A stretch of 64,000 bases of DNA, taken from Macrostomum hystrix (taxonomy: Eukaryota > Animalia > Platyhelminthes). The stretch is taken from contig CATNEN010000012.1 in the NCBI GenBank assembly GCA_950097015.1, forward strand, positions 2,666,001 through 2,730,000, written 5' to 3'. Position numbers and translations under genes: made by a program. This document shows, one piece after another, positions 1 to 13,800 of the stretch; position 1 is the stretch's first letter, and each line of letters opens with the position of its first letter. The notes below the pieces were generated by a model, which worked only from the letters and a program-made list of their open reading frames with translations, had not been told where the DNA came from and searched no databases.

Positions 1-994
1 TTTCTTGCGATTGCTTCAAAATTTTTATGATATTATTTCACACTTTTTTTGCCTAGGGTTTCCGCCATTGATGACACAATTTTTGTAGCATTTGTTGGGT
101 CTGGGCTAAGTTGTTAGGGTTGTAGCCTGCATAGACTCAACTATACTCCGTGTCCAATGATAATTGAGATTCCAGCTGGCGCGACAGCAGTACTCAATGG
201 GCCGTATGCACCCAGCAACATTAAAGACTCAGTTGGCGGGCACACGGGAATACACATGGACCACTAGAAGAAGACTTCTTCTAGTGGTCCTTGGCAATAC
301 ATTTGAAAGCAAAACGTCGTCTATGGGTCAAGTTTGCGCTGTGCTGTTATTGTTACCAGCCCTTTGCTATTTACGGGCAAATATTTGCACCCTATAACGG
401 ATGTCTATGGCTTTCTTGCCCGCAAAATACGAATTAGTATAATTTTAAATATAGTATAAATTTGGCATTCGGCCTAACGGCGCCCTCTGGTTTTCCGATT
501 TTTGCCCTAAAAGCATATACTAATGTGAATGCGATATATCCCTATTCTTTGTAATGAACAAAATTGGAATGCCAAATTTATCTGCGCAGATTCTGCAGGT
601 TTCTCAGCATACAGAATTTTTTGATACAAAGTTTGCTTTTCACTTCTGCGCATCTCTGATCATCCCTGAGGCCCGGTAGGACCCCCGCTAGCAACCATCA
701 ACGCAGGAGAAGGTATTAAGCCGAATCTTTGAAGTCTTTAATACCGATGTTTAGCTAATTCAGATCAGTTCAATTCAATTCAGTTTTTGGTATCGATTGG
801 ACTGGGCCACAAATGAAGGGTCGATGGGACGGCGAATGCTTATAGCTAAGACAGGTAGAAACAGAGAATGTGCCCCACTATAAAATGCGACTTGAATTTT
901 GCTAGGGAAAAAGCTTGAAAACTGAGTTTAGAAGGCGGATAGTGGAGCAAGAGTTTGTCGGAATCAAACCCCACGGAAAATTGACTGCAGCCGA

Positions 995-3031
995 ATGACG
1001 AGAGCCAATGCAAGGAGCTGGTCCAGCTTGCTGCTGCTGCTGCTGCTGCTGCTCTGCCTTTTCGATGTGAATGCTCAATGTAAGACAACTGTGAGAAACC
1101 TTGCGAACTATTTATAGTTACTAACTTCTTATCACCAACACATTGAGTTCTCATTGTTAATAATTTAAATTATTTTAAAACAAGTCTTCCCTTGTTTTCA
1201 AGCCTTACAAAATAACCACTTTAACCTGTCAAACAGCAGTTACTAAGCCTCACTAAATAACCACTTCAACCTGTCACACAGCAGTTACTAAGCCTCACTA
1301 GTTATTATCTGCAGTGTAGTGCTATAACCCATGAAACCACCGCCACTTCGACTGTCACAGTCATAGACGATGGTACGACCCAGCAATGCGGCATGGCATC
1401 GGTGCGGCTTGACTTCTACTGGTCCAGCACCGACTTCCAGCAGAGATTCAGCCGCCTGATGCAGCCGTTTATTGAAGCTCGGGCTGCGAATGCCCAGTGC
1501 CCCTACGGCATGGTGTGCGCTCAGAAGCTGGTGGTCTTCCAGGACATGGAGGGTCGTTACAGCGAGGAGTGCTGGCGGAAGGAGCAGATTATCGAGTACA
1601 CAGAGATCGCCTGCTACTGGGATCTGTGCAATGCCAATTTAACATTTGGCAGCTACCAGAATATGAGGCGCTCATTCTACCAGCAAGGCAACCCAATAAA
1701 ATGCTACAACCACGGCCAGCTGCAGAACATGAACACCTATCGCCGAATCATCATGTCCGCTGAATATGAGTAAGATTTTATTGCCGATACTTTGAGTTGG
1801 AGAGATTGTACGAGTAGAAGCTTCGAAAGACCTGGATAAACGCTGGACTGAGAAGGCTGGAACACTGGTACACCGTGGGATAGAAACAATGGTAAAACAC
1901 AGACAACAAGTTGACGAAAATATGCTTTCTCTATAGAAAGCGTTTAACCACCAAAATCCGTGATAAAAAATACGAAAAATATACCGTATTCTTGATGACA
2001 GTGTGAAAAATACCGTGTCCTTGGTAGACAGTGTGGAAAATACCTTGTCCTTGGTAGACAGTGTGAAATATACCGTTTCCTTGGTAGACAGTGTGGAAAA
2101 TACCTTGTCCTTGGTAGACAGTGTGGAAAATACCTTGTCCTTGGTAGACAGTGTGGAAAATACCTTGTCCTTGGTAGACAGTGTGGAAAATACCGTGTCC
2201 TTGGTAGACAGTGTGGAAAACACCAAATACCGTGTCCTTGACAGACAGTGTAGAAAATACCAAATACCGTGTCCTTGACAGACAGTGTGGAAAATACCAA
2301 ATACCGTGTCCTTGGTAGACAGTGTGGAAAATACCGTGTGCTTGGTAGACAGTGTAGAAAATACCGTGTCCTTGATAGACAGTGTGGAAAATACCGTGTC
2401 CTTGGTAGAGAGTCGAGACATTCTGTGTCCTTGGTAGACAGTGTGGAAAATACCGTGTGCTTGGTAGACAGTGTAGAAAATACCGTGTCCTTGATAGACA
2501 GTGTGGAAAATACCGTGTCCTTGGTAGAGAGTCGAGACATTCTGTGTCCTTGATAGAGAGTGTGGCAATTATTACAATGTCCTTGATAGTCGGGAAAAAT
2601 ATGGTGTCTTTGATGGAAAGTGGGTAAAAATACAGTTCAATGAATTCAATAGTTAACCTACAAGCTTGTCCACACGAAAGATCAGGAAACATCGTTTTAG
2701 GTCCGTAAAGGGCAAGGCCAAAAAGGATGCGCGCGATTATCATATTTTCATTGTGTTGGGACACAACTCGCGTATGTGACTAGAAGCCTGCCAGCTCCAA
2801 CCCTCCAACTAATGCAGATATAAGTTCAGGCGCTCTCTGCCTGTGAGCCACTGGAGTCAAGGCATGTGTGGCGCAGCCATCTACGCATCGGACCAGCGCT
2901 CGCGCATCATTCATGAGCGCGTCCTGACTGGCGACAGAAACCAGAAGTTTGCCAGCCTGCGCCTTTGCCCCTACGATGGTTGCAGCCAGAAGATTGTCGA
3001 AGATTTTTTGCTACGAGGCTTCTCGAAGTGA
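995..3031 (+). CDS. Secreted Cys-rich protein of unknown function, 3 exons (approx. 995-1090, 1315-1769, 2830-3031; about 250 aa)
   Basis: ATG at 995 starts a signal peptide, MTRANARSWSSLLLLLLLLLCLFDVNAQ. The exon 2 frame is open from acceptor ctgcag|1315. Donor GA|GTAAG (1769) joins acceptor ttcag|G (2830) in phase 2 and continues to TGA 3031. The exon 1 donor is uncertain: 1090 ACT|GTGAGA fits phase 0, while 1079 T|GTAAG is a stronger site but out of phase. Confidence 0.7.
1995..2555. repeat. Intronic minisatellite, 30-bp unit (AAATACCGTGTCCTTGGTAGACAGTGTGGA)
   Basis: Direct tandem copies inside intron 2 of the secreted-protein gene. Confidence 0.95.
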
Positions 3032-3269
3032 AGCTTGAAAAACAAAGCCATCTGTGCTGAACCGCTAGCGAGTGATCACTTAGCAAAATGTGACTGTACA
3101 AGAGTACTATTGTCTCCGTTTATTGTTAGAAATGGAGTTCGCTTACTAATGCGTGTTATGCCAACAATATCAAATTTTTATTGGTCACAGGTGGTAACCC
3201 TTGCTTAAGTTAGAATTTTTTGTTTCTGGAGAATTGCACGTAGAGATCGCCAATGGAATCGCCCAGGCA

Positions 3270-3457
3270 GAGTCGCTAGTTGGAATGGCCCATAGACTCA
3301 GCTGGGGTGGAGTCGCTAGTTGGAATGGCCCATAGACTCAGCTGGGGTGGAGTCGCTAGTTGGAATGGCCCATAGACTCAGCTGGGGTGGAGTCGCTAGT
3401 TGGAATGGCCCAGAGACTCAGCTGGAGTGGAGTCGTTAGTTGGAATGGCCCATAGAG
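3270..3457. repeat. 40-bp tandem repeat, ~4.7 copies
   Basis: AGTCGCTAGTTGGAATGGCCCATAGACTCAGCTGGGGTGG at 3271, 3311, 3351, 3391 and 3431. Confidence 0.95.
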
Positions 3458-4847
3458 ATTTTTCATATCTCTTTCTAACCGAGGATCATCTTTGGGAATT
3501 TCATATTTGGCTGGTTAGCTGAAATTGCTTGGATAAGTCGCGCAGGGTTGCAACTCTCTTGAACAGTAACAGTGGTAATGTTTTCTTAAGAGACGTAATC
3601 ACTGTTCCAAAGCCAGATAATTTCATCGGATTGCATGAAACTGGAAATAGAGTAATCAATATATGCTATTTTTTAATAATTCTAACAAAAGCTGCATGTA
3701 TAACTATATATAAGCCCTCCAATTCTAATTACTAAGCTTCCTTGTGTCGCACACCCCACAACTCACTTGGTTAGCATGCATTGATCGAAAATTAAACAGT
3801 TCTAGGATGTTTATTTCGTTAAAAATAAAACTTTTTATTTGCTTTGGTGCATCTTTATAGACAACTAAAGCTGCTTCACTACTACATTTTAAAACTGACC
3901 GAAATGAATTCGTTAGCTGTCTGCTGATGACACGAAATGAAAAATAATCATTTAGTAAATTCTTTTTCTGAACCGCTGATTTCTATTTGAATCTTTTTTA
4001 TCTCTGCGCAAAGATAGACGCCAAAAATTTTCCAACATGTACTGATGCAACCGAATTCCGATTGCATTGCCCAACCCCGGTAATCAGTGCTTGCTTCAGG
4101 TCCTGCAACTCAATTTCCGATGGCTGCACCCACCACCTCAATTTGTCTAATCCAGTGACGTCACCCACCACCCAATTTTTTCTTTCCCTGTGGCTGCACA
4201 CACCATCTCATTTTCTCCCCCATTGGCTGCATCCACCACCTCATTTTCCCCCATAGGCTGCATCCACCACCTCATTCTCCCCCATTGGCTGCATCCACCA
4301 CCTCATTTTCCCCCATAGGCTGCATCCACCACCTCATTATCTCTAGCTTGCTTATTGCGCCCATAACTTCTTCATTGGATACTGCGACGCAACTGGGTTT
4401 AGGTCACATGCTAACTAAAAATAGAGCTCAGGTAAGTGAAAATCTAAGAAAATCTTTTCAGTGATGCTGAATGAAATAGTGAATTAAACGGAGCTTAAAA
4501 CAGCAAATGAGAACGGTAGAGGTTTCCAGTTTAGTCCGAGATTTTTTTCGCCGCAACTCACACTGAAACGTCCATTAATTAGTACGAATTGGCTGTAATT
4601 TTCTCCTTCTATCGAAAGAAAAATAAATTTCAAACATTAAATATCGAGTATATGCTCGCGAGTTCGCTTTTTTTCGGCAAAAAATTCGCGCTATTTCAAA
4701 TCCTGGAAAAAAAACCTTCAACAATTACCGCTCAGAGTCATTGTCGGGGACAAAGTTTGTTTTCTTATTTTGTTAGTCAGTGAAGTTAGACTGCATCGCT
4801 GTTAGCTGCTGGCCTTGACAGCTAGTTGACAGCTCTCATTGCTATCA

Positions 4848-7800
4848 TCACAGCTTCAAGCGGCTCAAGCTGCCGCTGACATTCAGCGAACTGTCGCCCA
4901 GTCGGCTGCCGTCGGCTCGGTCTGAGCCCTCCTTGTCCTCCTCCTCCGCTTCCTCCTCCTTGTCATCGGTCGATCCGCCTCCCATGGAGCTGCGGAAATG
5001 CGGGCGCGTTTTATCGAACTGTGCTCAACTTGAGCTCGGAGATTAAATAATTTCCAAAGTTTTCCAGCTTACCTGCAGCCGAACAGCTGCCGCACCCGCT
5101 TGGTCATGAACTCAACCAGCTCGTACTCGTTGCCCTGCAGGCTGGCATCGGCTTTCACCACGGCGAACGAGTCGTTGATGATGGTTAGGAAGATTCCCAA
5201 CAGGCCGAATGTCACCAGGCAGATGAAGGAGAAGAAGAACAGCGGCCCGAGCAGGGAGCTCACGGAGACCAGGTCCTTTGGAGTGCGGAGAGTGAGGCCG
5301 CATTCATTTGTGTGTGTGTGCCAAGGGGTCAGCGGAGGCGACTTTCGCCAAGTGGGTATTGAAATACCCTCGTGGTCGCTTATGAGTTAGAGGAAAGAGA
5401 AGCGTGGAGACCACTCACTTTGAACTTGAACACGCCCAGTGCCATTGAGAACAGGGCGCCCAGGGTGCCATAGAAGGAGCGATAGCTCTGCAGCTGGGTG
5501 CCGAAGATCAGGTAGGCGGCCGAGCAGAAGGCCACGAAATAGATGACGAACATGAAGACAAAGGAGCGCAAATCCTTGTAGGCCAGCTTGATGGTAGCTC
5601 CTAGCATGCCCATGCGTCTGTTGAAGCGCAGGATCTTGATGAACTTGACGGTGCTGATGAACACAACGATGCCGACCATGCAGGTGTACAACTCGTCGTA
5701 GGAAGCCAGGGAGCCAAAGTTCACGTAGTCAGAAGACTTGGCACTGTTCAACGCACCCATTGCAACAATGGCCAAGATCTTCTTGAACGCGTACATGACA
5801 ACAGCGGTGACGGTGATGCAGAGCGTCACGAATTCCAGAATGTTCCAGAAGCCAGAAAAATAGGCGCAGCGTTCGCGCCTGATTGTCAAGCCCTCGCGGA
5901 TGCTGAAGTACAACACGAACAGGGCGAAGACAATCTCCATGAACATCACAATGGCGCCGAAGCTGCCAACGTAGGAGAATAGGCGGAACACCTGAGGGAG
6001 AGTTTGAGACATTCAGAATTGGAGTTCAGAGTTTATTTGAGCTTTCAGTTATAATTTGTGACACTATAATCTAGAACAGTATACTCAAACCTACATTCTG
6101 CAAAAAATGTGTCAAGAATTAACAAAACCTCTGAAGAATTATCGACACTGATTACACGTCACTCTAGGTAAGCAGGTGTCAGAGTAGCGGCACTAATTAC
6201 CCGTCACTCCAGGTAAGCAGGTGTCAGAGTAGCGGCACTAATTACCCGTCACTCTAGGTAAGCAGGTGTCAGAGTAGCGACACTAATTACCCGTCACTCC
6301 AAGTAAGTAGGTGTCAGAGTAGCGACACTAATTACCCGTCACTACAGGTAAGCAGGTGTCAGAGTAGCGGCACTAATTACCCGTCACTCCAGGTAAGCAG
6401 GTGTCAGAGTAGCGGCACTAATTACCCGTCACTCTAGGTAAGCAGGTGTCAGAGTAGCGACACTAATTACCCGTCACTCTAGGTAAGCAGGTGTCAGAGT
6501 AGCGGCACTAATTACCCGTCACTACAGGTAAGCAGGTGTCAGAGTAGCAGCACTAATTACCCGTCACTCTAGGTAAGCAGGTGTCAGAGTAGCGGCACTA
6601 ATTACACGTCACTCTAGGTAAGCAGGTGTCAGAGTAGCGGCACTAATTACCCGTCACTCCAGGTAAGCAGGTGTCAGAGTAGTGGCACAAATTATACGCA
6701 GAAGTGGATCTCACCTTGACTTCCGAATAGGTCACAGCGCTGCCAGTCTGAAGGAACTCAGCCACCATGGTGACAGAAGCGAACAGATTGGACGGTGCAT
6801 TGTAAACCGTGAACTCGATGAACACAGCTCTGGTGCGAGTATCCAGCCAGTTCTGTTCGTAGATCTCACTAATTTTATTCTGCACTTCCTCCAGGGTGCG
6901 GGGAAAGTTTAATACATAGCCGCCACCCTTGTAAGTGCTGACCTGGGCCATGTAGGGTAGGCCTGTAATGAGGTGACGACAGGGGGGAGAAAGTGCTGGA
7001 ACTGAACTCCAATGACAGCACAGAATACTTTCAACTCACCCTTGAGCTTGATCGAAGAGCTGTACACAAACGGGGTGTTGTAGGTCTTGTTCTCCTTCTG
7101 CCAGGCCCACTTGTCCGGGTCCATCGGCTCCCACATAGGCTCGTAGGGCCCCGTATCGTCGTCCATCCAGTTGTAGGCACTTCGGCAGGACTTGTCAATG
7201 AAGGTTGAGAACACGGCAGGTGGCCGGCAGGTGTTGTCCTTGATGCGGAACTGGCGCAGGCGGGGCACGCCAACGCGGAAGATGTTGCGGCTGCCGTCAT
7301 TAATCGCCATCTTCTCGCGCCAGGTGGCCTCCGTCTGTCGTAGCGGTTGGGGATGGGTGCCTCTGTCAAGATTCTACCTGAATTCTGACTGAATTCTATC
7401 TTGATTTTGTCAGGATTCTACCTGGATTCGAACTTGATTCTACCTGGATTCGGCCTTGATTCTACCTGGATTCTGCCTTGATTCTACCAGGATTCTGCCT
7501 TGATTCTACCTGGATTCTGCCTTGATTCTACCAGGATTCTGCCTTGATTCTACCTGGATTCTGCCTTGATTCTACCTGGATTCTGCCTTGATTCTACCAG
7601 GATTCTGCCTTGATTCTACCTGGATTCTGCTTAGATTCTACCTAGATTCTACCTGGATTCTACCTGGATTCTACCTGGATTCTGCCTAGATTCTACCTGG
7701 ATTTGAACGTACGCTTAAGAGCACCAGTATAGCTTTGATTTCAATCGAACCAATGAATTTCCATCTAGATGACTAATTCGCGGTTCTTACCCCGTCTTCA

Positions 7801-10800
7801 AAGTCTCCGGCGTACATGTTGGGCACAAGTGTGCCATTCAAGTACTTGTAGAATGCCTGGTAGCTCGGAATGGCATTGTCGAAGCTTTTCGTGAAGGTGT
7901 TTCGCATCACCTCGCCAAGCTTGAAGGAGTTGATGCTGCGCGTCTGGTAGGAGATGAAGAACACGACTAGGACGAAGACTGAGTAGGCCAGCATCTCCTT
8001 GATGATGCCCTCCATTTTGATCTCCTTCAAGCGGATCTCGCGAATCTCGGCCAGTTTCTCCTGGTTGGGTAGGCAGAGATCCTCCCGAGCGGTGCGGCGC
8101 TGCAGCATGATCTGCTGGATGTCAACCTGGGTGATTTTGACCGAGTTGTCTATGGTAAAATACTCGTAGATCAAGGATAAAGCAAGACAACTAACCCAGT
8201 TGAACCATATGTACAGCCAGTGACAGTCGCAGTCATTACAGCTATTACAATTGAGTAAACTACAGTATTGGGTAATTTATTGCTCAAAGATACAAACTGT
8301 TTCGCGTCGGCTGAGATTAGAGCGCCAAATCTCATTTGGCTATAATCTGCACTCTTCTTTTTCAGCTTTCGGCACACTATCGGTGACTATCGCTTGGAGC
8401 ATGTTTATCATCCACTACTCGTTCTCTACCCCGCTACCCATCCTTATCGCTGATTGGCTAGCACATGGAGCATGTTTATATCCACTATTCCTTCTCTACC
8501 CCGTTACCCATCCTTATCGCTGATTGGCTAGTATATGGAACATATATGGAACATATCTCGAATTCTCAATTTCATCCCTACTCCGGCCACGTCTCTGATT
8601 GGCTGGCTCTCGAAACTGACCTCCTTCTTCTGCAGCAGCTCCTCGTCGTGCTTCAACATGGCGTCATCAAACGCAGCCTCTTCGTCTTCCATGTCCGGCT
8701 TCTTGATGATCATGGAGATCACGGCGGCCAACAGCAGCACCTTCAGCGGCTGCACCAGGATGACGTTTTGGAAGAAGGACAGTAGGAATGTGAGCAGCCA
8801 GTCGTTTGACTTATCCCGGCCCCACTCCATGCTGGAATGGAAAATAACGAGAAATTGAGAAGTAAACATTTTGGATGTCGACATGTCGACACCAAATAAA
8901 AGCTACTTGAAGTAGTTAGACAAAGCCGACGCACCTGTACAGAATGACAAAGAACGCCGAGCCGAACACACTGAAGAACACCAGCACCCAGGCAATGTAA
9001 ATGCACCAGTGCGGGAACAGGAACGGCTTGCTCTTCTTCATCTCCGGGTCCTCCACCTGGGTCTCCTTGCGGCCGCCTGACTGGAAGCTGAGCATGTTGC
9101 GGAGGCTCTCCCACACTCGGTTCGTCTTCTTCGAGGCCTCGGCGTCGCCATCCCAGCCGGCAGCCACGGAGCTGCCGGTGGCCTGGCCCTCCTCGGCAAT
9201 GTTGAACATCTCCATGCTGCGACCGACTGAGCGCCAGGTGTACTTGCTGGACTTGGTGCTCAAATCCTGATTGACCTGCAGCACCTTGTTGCCGGCTGCC
9301 TTGGCCTTGCACTTCTTAAAGAAGGTGATAATGATGACGGACGGCGGGAACACAATCAGGGTGGACACCACCGAGACGAACAGCTGGTCCAGGGTGAACG
9401 TTATGGGACCTTGGCGGGGATAGGACAGGAATTGTAGGATTCGTGGACCTGACACATGATTCTAACATACTGGCACATGATTCTAACATACTGGCACGTG
9501 ATTCTAACATACTGGCACATGGTTCTAGCATGCTGACACATGGTTCTAACATGCTTGATCCGTAATCGACAATTCATTCTCCCAATCAAGGATTCATAAT
9601 CCCAATCTAGGATTCATAATCCCAATCTAGGATTCATCAATCCCTAATCTAGGATTTCTATTCCCAATCTAGGATTCACTATACTAATCTAGGATTCATA
9701 ATCCCAATCTAGGTTTCACTGTACTAATCTAGGATTCAAAATCCCAATCTAGGATTCTAATTCCCTAATCTGGGACTTTTCCAACGCTAATCCCTAATCC
9801 AACCTATCGACATTCTCACCAATCGTGATGCCGGTCTTCTTCTCCATCTTGTCGGAGGACTTAAAGAACATGGCGTTGGTGATCATTGTGAGGAACAGCA
9901 GCGACAGGCAGCAGGAGATGCGCTGCACCCTAGTGAACGCACTCCTAGTCGGCCTGGAGAAGATACTGAACCACAGGTGCTCGTTACGCAACTTGCGCTG
10001 CACTGAGCTGGAGAACAGCTGCTTGAAGGCCACCAGGTCGGCGAGGCCGGAGACGGGCAGGATTCGCTCCACCTGGCCGTCGCCCTCCTCCACAGCCAGC
10101 CAATTGTTGCACAGGAAGAATGATCTTGAAATGAACAGTTTGAATGGAAGGGAGTGCAGTTAGAGTTTCCAAGAGGCCGGGAGTGGGAATCTCAGCCAGA
10201 ACAAGTGTCCGTGAGCAAGACAATTTAATTATCAATGTTCATGCTTTTAGTAAAATAGGTACTAGCATCAGCATCAGCAGAAGTAGTAATATCTATTTCT
10301 ACAGTAATTACAGCAGGGGTCGGCAAACTCCGAGCCAGCCCGCTTGCCAGATGCGGCCCTCGAAGCTACCAAGTCCGGCCCGTTGCTCCTTCCAGCACAT
10401 ATAGCATCCTGTTTCATCTCTCCTCGTTCTAGTATCCTTTTTCTTTCTCATTTAACCCTTTCTCATCTCTCCCGTATCTCATCTCTCCCGCGTCACATCT
10501 CATCCGTGTCTCATCTCTCCCCTGTCTCATCTATCGTGTCTCATCTGTCCTCTGTCTCATCTCTCCCGTGTCTCATCTCTCCCGTGTCTCATCTTTCCCC
10601 TGTCTCATCTGTCCTCTGTCTCATCTCTATCGTATCTAATCTCTCACGTGTCTCATCTGTCCTCTGTCTCATCTCTCCCGTGTCTTAAGAGCTATCCTCC
10701 CTTTTCTCATACTTCTAAAGTCAATACGGCCCACGGTCGTCTTTTAGGTTCTCTCCGTGGCCCGCACGCTAATGGGCTTGCCGAACCATGATATGCAGTA

Positions 10801-13800
10801 GTGAATAGGTGACAGGGTTACTAAACGCCTTGTTATAACGACAAAAAGGTACACATGTACTTTTATGTACCCCTACGTCCCACTCGTTGAGTTCTCAATT
10901 TAGCATTTGAATTTCTTTGTCCGCGGCCAGTAAACACTGTGCTCTGTACTTCCACAACTTACTTTTCACCCGTCTGCAAATCATTAATGACCACCTGGTC
11001 CAGGTACCAGGATTTCTCCTTGCCCTTGCCGGAATTGTCGTGCCAGATGCGCAGGAAGGTCAGCGGGCCCAGCGAGCTCTCCGTGGACATGACGAAGTTG
11101 TACACCTCGCCGCGCGGGAATCCCTGGCAAAGAGTGGCGGTTGAAATGCAGCTTAAAAGTCGATAACCTTTGACTCTGACTATATAGGATTAGTGATACA
11201 TTTGATATTGTCACGCAATCGTATCGTGCCACCTTCGACCTTGAATTCTAACAACATCACGTGACACTTATTGATACTTAAAAAGCTAGTCATCGAAATA
11301 GGACGAGTAAAATGTCTAAAAATATTAGCACTTGTCTCACCTTTCTATCACCGTCCGTCAGCTCGCGAATTCCCGTGTCGCCGTTGTCACCGCAGAGGAT
11401 AAAGTAGACCTTGGAAGTCGTGCCGGAGCCCTTCCTGTAGCCAGTCATGACCGAGATCTGGTAGTGGTAGGTGTCGCTGGGAATGTTGTCCTGCAGGTTG
11501 GTGGCGCCCCACCGCTTGATGTCCTTCTTGTCCATGATGCGGCCCCAGATCATCAGGATGATGTACAGAATCAGAGTGCTGATCACGGTAGAAAACACCG
11601 CGGCATTCTCGCTGAGGTTCTTGAACTTGCTCCAGACCGTGTTGAAGTCGATGGTGTTTGGTGGCACCACCATGTCGCTGGCGAATGACGTCAGATGTGA
11701 CACCTCCATGTGCATCAGCGACGGGCAGGAGAGCGGACCGACCTGAAGCACGCGCGATTTTAAATTTCGTTAAATTATAATGAAGCATCCCTTGTTTCGT
11801 GCTACTGGTGGCCCCTAAAAGGGCCGTTTTAAAAACAAATTACCATTTTTTTTCATTACACGCTAGTGTGCTAGGCTGATATGTACACGCTATTCTTGCG
11901 TCTGATTGGCTGGGCTTGTTTTTTGATATCGATCGTAGGCTTTTAAAGGTTTTTCTAAATATAAAAATAATAATGTGCGCGATCTCGTGCAATGATTTCT
12001 GTCAGGTTTAAATAATCACACAAGTATTGCCTTAAGCGAAACAATATAACAGTGTCTCCAAAGGTTGTTGACAGGTTTCAAAGTTAAGAGACTCACTTGG
12101 ATGCCATCGGATTTCCAAATCTTGGCTTCTTCGTCGAAGTACAACGGACTGTCAACAAAGGATGAGAACTCATACACTGTCTTCGGGTTGACTGGCTTAG
12201 CGGAAGTGTCAAACTTTACCGTAGCCTCTGGAATTTTCAATGGCAAATAGAAAAGTGAGTACTTCTGTCTGCCCATCTAAGCAGTTGAGAATATTTCTGA
12301 AATGCGTCTGGACGGAGCCATTTCACCCCATGCTTCCTGTGACTTTTCGCTCTGGCGCAACAGAAATATTTTCAATACTTATTCTGGGGGGTGGCTCTGC
12401 CGTTACAGACAAGGAAGCCTTCAAAGCTCACGATAAATTGTGACGAACACGCAGTAGAGCCCCGCCGTGTTGGTCAAATTCGCAGGAAAAATGTAGGAAT
12501 TCTTCAGCTCGTTCTGCAGTTCCAGACCGCTCTGGCCTTTCAGCATCGCCGCATCCGACTGACTCAAGTTGCCCTTGAGCTCGTCCAGGGATCTGGGCAG
12601 GTAGGTCACCCATGTGTAGTTGCCGCTTTCTGCATCCGGGCAGGAGCCGTTGTTCAGGTAGATGACAAAGTTAACCTCGGTCACCGAAGTGTCGTTCTTC
12701 AGATCCCGGACGTTGATGCCGAGGGTCTGGTTGTCCCGGGTCAGGTTGGAGCAGTGGCAGTTGCCTATCTTGTCGTCATGCTTCACCGGGTAGAGGCGAG
12801 TGTTCGAGGGCGCTGGAGAAAATTTTGGGAATTTTGTTACATGGCTAGCTCGTAGTTGTCTGGAGTTGAGTATCTATGGTACAATTTCATTGGGCTCTCT
12901 CAAGGTCATTCTCATTTAAGGTCGCGTCCCAACCTCAAGGTCGCTACGGTTCTGAATGATAACAACGTCGCAATGGTTGAATTTCCGCTTTTCAAGGTCA
13001 CAATGATTGAAATTTCCCCAAGAACTGTCCGTCTGACCTAGAATCTGCACCCAAATTCTCAAGGTCACCGTGTGTTGAAATTTCCTTTGAACGTTGTCAT
13101 AAATTTCTAGGGCTTTTTCCTTAGAAAGCTCTCTGGACTAACCGGAATTTCGCTTGATGAAGATTGAGATCGGTTTGTCCAGGTCTTTGGTGAGCACCGA
13201 GCCGCCGCCGACTTTGTTGATGTCAACCGACGTCAATGGCGAGTTCACCGCCCTGTCGCCGTGACAGATCGGATTCGTCTTGAAAGTTTGCATCTGGAAA
13301 GGGGAGTCGGTGGCAGAGCAGTCAACGCGATTGCCTCTCGCACCAAGGTCCCTAAACTCGATTTCATGTCGAGGCCACATTCATTTGAGGCGCAGCCGCG
13401 GAGAGAAGGCTTGCGGGCAAGTGTACACTGCCTGACGATGAGAATGTCAGGGTAGATCTACACACCTGTGTGAGCGTGTGCCTGCGTATAGATTCTGTGT
13501 GCGTGTGTGCTCAGGAGTCAGCGATATAGGCAGAATTGCCTCCTCGCTGGCTGTAGGTCCATTGTCACCAAGCGATGTGCCATTGCCTGTAGCCCTTCCG
13601 CAACTACGAGCTAATACGTAATAAGTTTTAAACATCAGTTGTAATAAAACAGCTTATAGTGTCCTTGACTATTTTCTAGCATTTCTGCTGCAAGTAATAA
13701 GATAAGATATTTTCGAAGCACGAAACGATTTGCCATTTTTTCCGTCAAACTTCACTAATAAAGATGCGAAATCTCACCCCGATTCCGACACCGGCGCCCA

